Source: Longimicrobiales bacterium
Lineage (GTDB): Bacteria > Gemmatimonadota > Gemmatimonadetes > Longimicrobiales > Gaopeijiaceae
Direction of reading: 5' to 3'
NCBI GenBank assembly: GCA_028284495.1
Contig: JANQRP010000015.1
Location: 6,466 to 70,465, forward strand
DNA: 64,000 nt
Part shown: positions 60,236 to 64,000 of the stretch, piece by piece
How the letters are laid out: the number at the start of each line of letters is the position of its first letter
How positions within the stretch are numbered: position 1 is the stretch's first letter
Position numbers and translations under genes: made by a program
Notes under the pieces: model-generated
What the model was told of the DNA's origin: nothing
The model's database searches: none
What the model saw: only the letters and a program-made list of their open reading frames with translations

Positions 60236-62887
60236 TCAGTAAAACGAGTACCGCAGGCTGAACGTCCCGTACGGCCCGTACTCCTCCCACTGGAGGATAC
60301 GGGATCCGGCCTCGTGCGGATCGCCCAGCACCTCACGCTCCTGCTGGGCGGTGAGGCCGTTGAGCTGCGCCGACAAGGATAGGCGGTCGCTCAGCGTCTT
60401 GACCACCGAGAAGTCGATCGAGAACTCGTCGTCGAAGAAGACGTCCTCGAGCGGCCCGTCGCCTACGCCGATCAGCAGCGCGTCACGGTAGTTCGCAGCC
60501 GCCACGAAGGAGAAGCCCAGGCGGCTGTTGTCGTAGAGCACCGAGAGGTTCGCCGTGTGCTCCGGCGAGTTCGTGAGCTGGAGCGACCGTCCGCCGAAGT
60601 CACCCTCGGACCACGTGTAGTTGTAGTTGCCGAAGAGGCGGAACCCGTCGAGCCCGGGGCTCAGGAGGCTGAGCGGCTGGTTGAAGCTGAACTCCAGCCC
60701 GATGTATTCGGCGATGCCGTCGCCCTGGACGGTCTGCGTGGCGATGAACGTCTCGCCGCCGACCACCTCGTCGAACACGCGCGTCGTGTGGAACGCCCGG
60801 AATCGCTTGTAGAACACGCCCGCCGTGAGGACGCCGAGCCTCGAGGTGTAGCGCTCGAAGAGGAGGTCGAAGTTGTCCGCCGTACGCGGCTCGAGGTCGG
60901 GGTTCCCGTAGGAGATCTCCCGCTCCTCCTCGTCGACGACCCTCCGCGGGATGAGTTCCTCGTACGACGCGCGCGCGAGCCCGGTCGAGTACGCGGCGCG
61001 GATGTTCGTGTCGTCGTCCGGCCGAAACGTCAGATGGACACTCGGAAGGAAGTTCGAGTATCCACCCTCTCCGCGGAGCGGGGTATCGGCCGTCTCCGGA
61101 TTGGGCTGCAGGAAGTCCGTCGACGTGTTCTCCCACCGCCCGCCGATCAGCGCGGTGAAGCGGTCCGAGAAATTCAGCGTGGCCATTCCGTAGATCGCGC
61201 CGACGTCCTCGGATGCGTCGTAGTCCTCGGTGATGTTCCTGGGATTACCCGCGTCCGTGAATAGCGACTGCACGGCGGGGTCGTCGAAGCGCTGGTCCTC
61301 GAAGCCGAACGCGCCTTCGGGCAGGGTCTCCGTGCGCGTGAAATCCGTCACCTGGAAGCGGACCCGCTCGTACGACACGTCCTTGTGTCGGAACTTGCCG
61401 CCGAAATGGAAGGTGTTCGCCATGCGACCCATCGAGAACGGGACCGTGAAGTCCAGCTGCGCGCTCAGGTCCGCGTCGTCCTTGATCATGTCGTCCCACC
61501 GCAGCCGGTCCAGCGTCGGAGCGCCGAGTCCGGCGAAGGTGGAGGTGCCGTCCAGGTCCTTGAACTGCTCGTTCGAGATCCCGCTGAAGGGGTTGTCGCG
61601 TCGGTACCGAAGGTAGGTCCGGTCCGGGAGCTCTTCCGTAGACTGGATCCACGCTCCCCTGAACTCGACGCCGACCGGCCCGAGCTCCGTCTCGGCGCCC
61701 GCCATGAGAAGTCGAAGCCGCTGATCCTCCACGCGATTGCGCGTCTCTCGGATCTCGCGCTCGCTGTCGAGGAGAAACTCGGCCTCCCGCCTCACCTCGT
61801 TGTCGAGGTATACGTTGTAGCTGCCCCGTGCGTACACCCGGCTCGTCGGCGAGAAGTCATAGTCCAGGGTGGAGCTGAAGCCGAACCGGTCGCGGACCAG
61901 GTCGTAGTCGTTGGTGTGCTGCGCGTCGACCTCGGTACTCGTCCCGATGTACTCGAACTCCCGGAGCTTCGAGTGCCTGGACGTCCTGTACCACGCCCCG
62001 TCGACCAGGAGGCCGAACCGGTCGTCGGCGAAGCGCTGGCCCCACACGCCGGCGAAGTCGAGGATCTCGTTCCCGTACGTATCGAAGTCGGACGTCTGAC
62101 TGTTCAATCCGGCCCCGACCTCGATTCTCGCGATGCCGGTCGACGGTGCATTGCGAAGCCCGAAGTTCACGACTCCGCCCACGGCGTCGCCGTCCATGTC
62201 GGGGGTGATCGCCTTCACGACCTCGATTTCGCCCAGAAGGTTGTTGTTCACCAGGTCGAGACCGACGGCGCGGGTCCCGCCACCCTCGTCCGGCGCGGGG
62301 ATACGAATCCCGTTGATGGTGAGCGAGTTGAACTCCTGGTCGATCCCCCGGATCTGGACGAACTCGCCCTCGCCCTGGTCGCGGTCCACCGAGAGGCCGG
62401 GGAGCCTCCGCAGCGTCTCGGCCGCGTTGCGGTCGGGGAATCGGTCGAACAGCTCCTCCGACACCACGGTCGAGATGTTCGGCGCGGACTTCTGCTTCTG
62501 AAGCGAGAACGCCTGACCTCGGGTGACCGATCCGAACACGGTGATCCCGCTCAGCTCGACCGCTTCGACGGGCATCTCGACGTCGGCCGTGGCCACCTCG
62601 CCCTGGCGGACCGTCACGCTCGTCTGCGTCGACGCGTACCCGAGGTACACGGCTTCGATCGTAGTCTGCCCGACGGGCAGGCCGCGGAGGATGAAGCGTC
62701 CCTCGCGGTCGGCCTGCGTGGTGTAGGTCGCGTTGCCGACCACTCGGACCGTGGCGGCGGGGAGCACGTTGCCCGTTCCCGCCTCCCGCACCGTGCCCGC
62801 GACCGACCCCGTCTGGGCCTCCGCGGGCTCGGCCACGAAGGCGAGCATGAGGGCGAGCGCTCCGGATACGAACGTCCGAACCTTCAT
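60236..62887 (-). CDS. TonB-dependent receptor
   Basis: Signal peptide, CarboxypepD_reg domain, plug (FPDRNAAETLRRLPGLSVDRDQGEGEFVQIRG), barrel with GNPDLEP and C-terminal aromatic residues (SFY). Confidence 0.92.
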   Translation of the reverse strand: MKVRTFVSGALALMLAFVAEPAEAQTGSVAGTVREAGTGNVLPAATVRVVGNATYTTQADREGRFILRGLPVGQTTIEAVYLGYASTQTSVTVRQGEVATADVEMPVEAVELSGITVFGSVTRGQAFSLQKQKSAPNISTVVSEELFDRFPDRNAAETLRRLPGLSVDRDQGEGEFVQIRGIDQEFNSLTINGIRIPAPDEGGGTRAVGLDLVNNNLLGEIEVVKAITPDMDGDAVGGVVNFGLRNAPSTGIARIEVGAGLNSQTSDFDTYGNEILDFAGVWGQRFADDRFGLLVDGAWYRTSRHSKLREFEYIGTSTEVDAQHTNDYDLVRDRFGFSSTLDYDFSPTSRVYARGSYNVYLDNEVRREAEFLLDSEREIRETRNRVEDQRLRLLMAGAETELGPVGVEFRGAWIQSTEELPDRTYLRYRRDNPFSGISNEQFKDLDGTSTFAGLGAPTLDRLRWDDMIKDDADLSAQLDFTVPFSMGRMANTFHFGGKFRHKDVSYERVRFQVTDFTRTETLPEGAFGFEDQRFDDPAVQSLFTDAGNPRNITEDYDASEDVGAIYGMATLNFSDRFTALIGGRWENTSTDFLQPNPETADTPLRGEGGYSNFLPSVHLTFRPDDDTNIRAAYSTGLARASYEELIPRRVVDEEEREISYGNPDLEPRTADNFDLLFERYTSRLGVLTAGVFYKRFRAFHTTRVFDEVVGGETFIATQTVQGDGIAEYIGLEFSFNQPLSLLSPGLDGFRLFGNYNYTWSEGDFGGRSLQLTNSPEHTANLSVLYDNSRLGFSFVAAANYRDALLIGVGDGPLEDVFFDDEFSIDFSVVKTLSDRLSLSAQLNGLTAQQEREVLGDPHEAGSRILQWEEYGPYGTFSLRYSFY

Positions 62888-63083
62888 GACTTGCTCCGGA
62901 TCTCCATGGATTGGCGCGCCGTCCGCGCACCGTTGACGCCACGTTGCGGGGCAGATGTGTCCGGTGTGCGCAGAATTCGGTGACGGCCGCGTAGCAAGCC
63001 GGTGACGGATCGGCGAGCCGCCTTGTGGAGGGCGGCGCAGCGTCGGAGGGTGAAGGAGCGGACACACCCACCACGCGGGGCAC

Positions 63084-64000
63084 ATGAGAACCGTCTTCCC
63101 TTCGAGCGGAGTCACCTGCGCCGTCCTGGGCCTGCTGATGACCCCGATCACCTGCGGTGTGCTGATCGCCGAGTCGGCCGCCCGGCCCGAAGACGACCGG
63201 CCGCGAGTGCTGGTCGTGGTGATCGACGGCCTCCGTCCCGACTACGTCCGCTCCGACTGGATGCCGCGCCTGAACGCGTTCGCGGAGAGCGGCGTGCGAG
63301 GACTCGACCACCACGCGGTTTTCCCCACCGTGACCCGCGTCAACGGGCCCGCGATCTTCACCGGACGCCACCCGGGCGGAAACGGCGCGCTCGGGAACTC
63401 GGTCTACCTCCCCGATGTCGAGCGGGGGCGGATCCTGAACGCGGGCGACGTGGCGGATCTGTGGCGGATCCGGGACGCCTACGGCGGGCGGCTGCTGACG
63501 GCACCGTCCCTGGGTGAGATCCTGGCGGCGAACGGACTCGTCTACTTCGCCGCGTCGTCCGGGTCCACCGGATCGGGTTCACTCATGAACCACACCGGCG
63601 CGGGCGCGGGACTCGTGCACCACGCCGTCACGATCCCCGAGAGCCTCGGGCCGGTCGTGGCGGAGATCCTCGGACCGGTACCGGACCTGGTCGAAGGGGA
63701 GCCGGAGATTCCGCTCGTGGCACGGGCGATCGACGCGGTCCTCGAGATCGGACTCGATCGCGCCGACGCGGACGTGCTGGCCGTGTGGATGACCGAGCCC
63801 GACGGCACGGCCCACGCGTACGGAATGGGTGCGCCCGAGACCGTCGCCGCGCTGGCGGACGTCGACGCGGAGTTCGGCCGGATGCTCGACGGGTTCGCCA
63901 GGCGGGGGCTGCTGGAGCACACCACGGTGCTCGTGACCTCCGACCACGGATTCTCGATGCGCACCGGTGAGCGATCGCTGACCGACCTCCTCATCGAGTC
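63084..64000 (+). CDS. Alkaline phosphatase superfamily nucleotide pyrophosphatase/phosphodiesterase, runs off the window
   Basis: Manually translated: signal peptide, VVIDGLRPD, FPTVTRVN (Thr nucleophile), EPDGTAH, VTSDHGF. Confidence 0.88.
   Translation, partial: MRTVFPSSGVTCAVLGLLMTPITCGVLIAESAARPEDDRPRVLVVVIDGLRPDYVRSDWMPRLNAFAESGVRGLDHHAVFPTVTRVNGPAIFTGRHPGGNGALGNSVYLPDVERGRILNAGDVADLWRIRDAYGGRLLTAPSLGEILAANGLVYFAASSGSTGSGSLMNHTGAGAGLVHHAVTIPESLGPVVAEILGPVPDLVEGEPEIPLVARAIDAVLEIGLDRADADVLAVWMTEPDGTAHAYGMGAPETVAALADVDAEFGRMLDGFARRGLLEHTTVLVTSDHGFSMRTGERSLTDLLIE

Noticed and set aside
62926-62941. TGGCGTCAACGGTGCG on the minus strand upstream of the TonB receptor
   Set aside because: GG-N10-GC spacing is right but several consensus positions differ; likely by chance in high-GC DNA.

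Overview
High-GC (roughly 70% by eye), densely coding bacterial chromosome segment. Gene content (LPS genes, sigma-54-like promoter, many carboxypeptidase-regulatory/TonB-plug proteins, lineage-type hypotheticals) suggests Gemmatimonadota; this is an inference and no search was run. No rRNA, tRNA, CRISPR array, transposase or prophage was seen. From left to right: lipid A/LPS cluster (GT4, GT9, waaA, msbA, lpxL, GT2, DUF3108-like, ICMT-like methyltransferase); hydantoinase B operon; a TPR / double-zinc-ribbon / lipoprotein / IPMDH-like / degenerate PilB / pilT cluster; thiolase, hbd, rpsU, glpD; a five-gene cluster of unknown proteins; DUF3127-like + ssb; enoyl-CoA hydratase; recF-dciA-gyrB; panG-panB (one ORF) + panC; S41 protease and secreted enzymes; four barrel-less CarboxypepD_reg/plug paralogs; argG; BNR-repeat and transglutaminase-like proteins; an SSS transporter operon; oligopeptidase A, psd, ATL; a D/E-rich microprotein; and a TonB receptor divergent from a phosphodiesterase. 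Best leads: (1) the unknown cluster at 23.4-26.8 kb, whose proteins share two unnamed domains in swapped order (B-A, A-B, A) next to an RHH-like protein; (2) a probably catalytically dead MshEN-PilB paralog directly upstream of pilT; (3) an apparent PanG-PanB fusion whose junction is a G5 run in front of GTGA; (4) a duplicated barrel-less plug module behind a sigma-54 promoter with candidate enhancer palindromes. All family names come from motif recognition, not database searches. Many long ORFs in the supplied track are antisense shadows caused by high GC.
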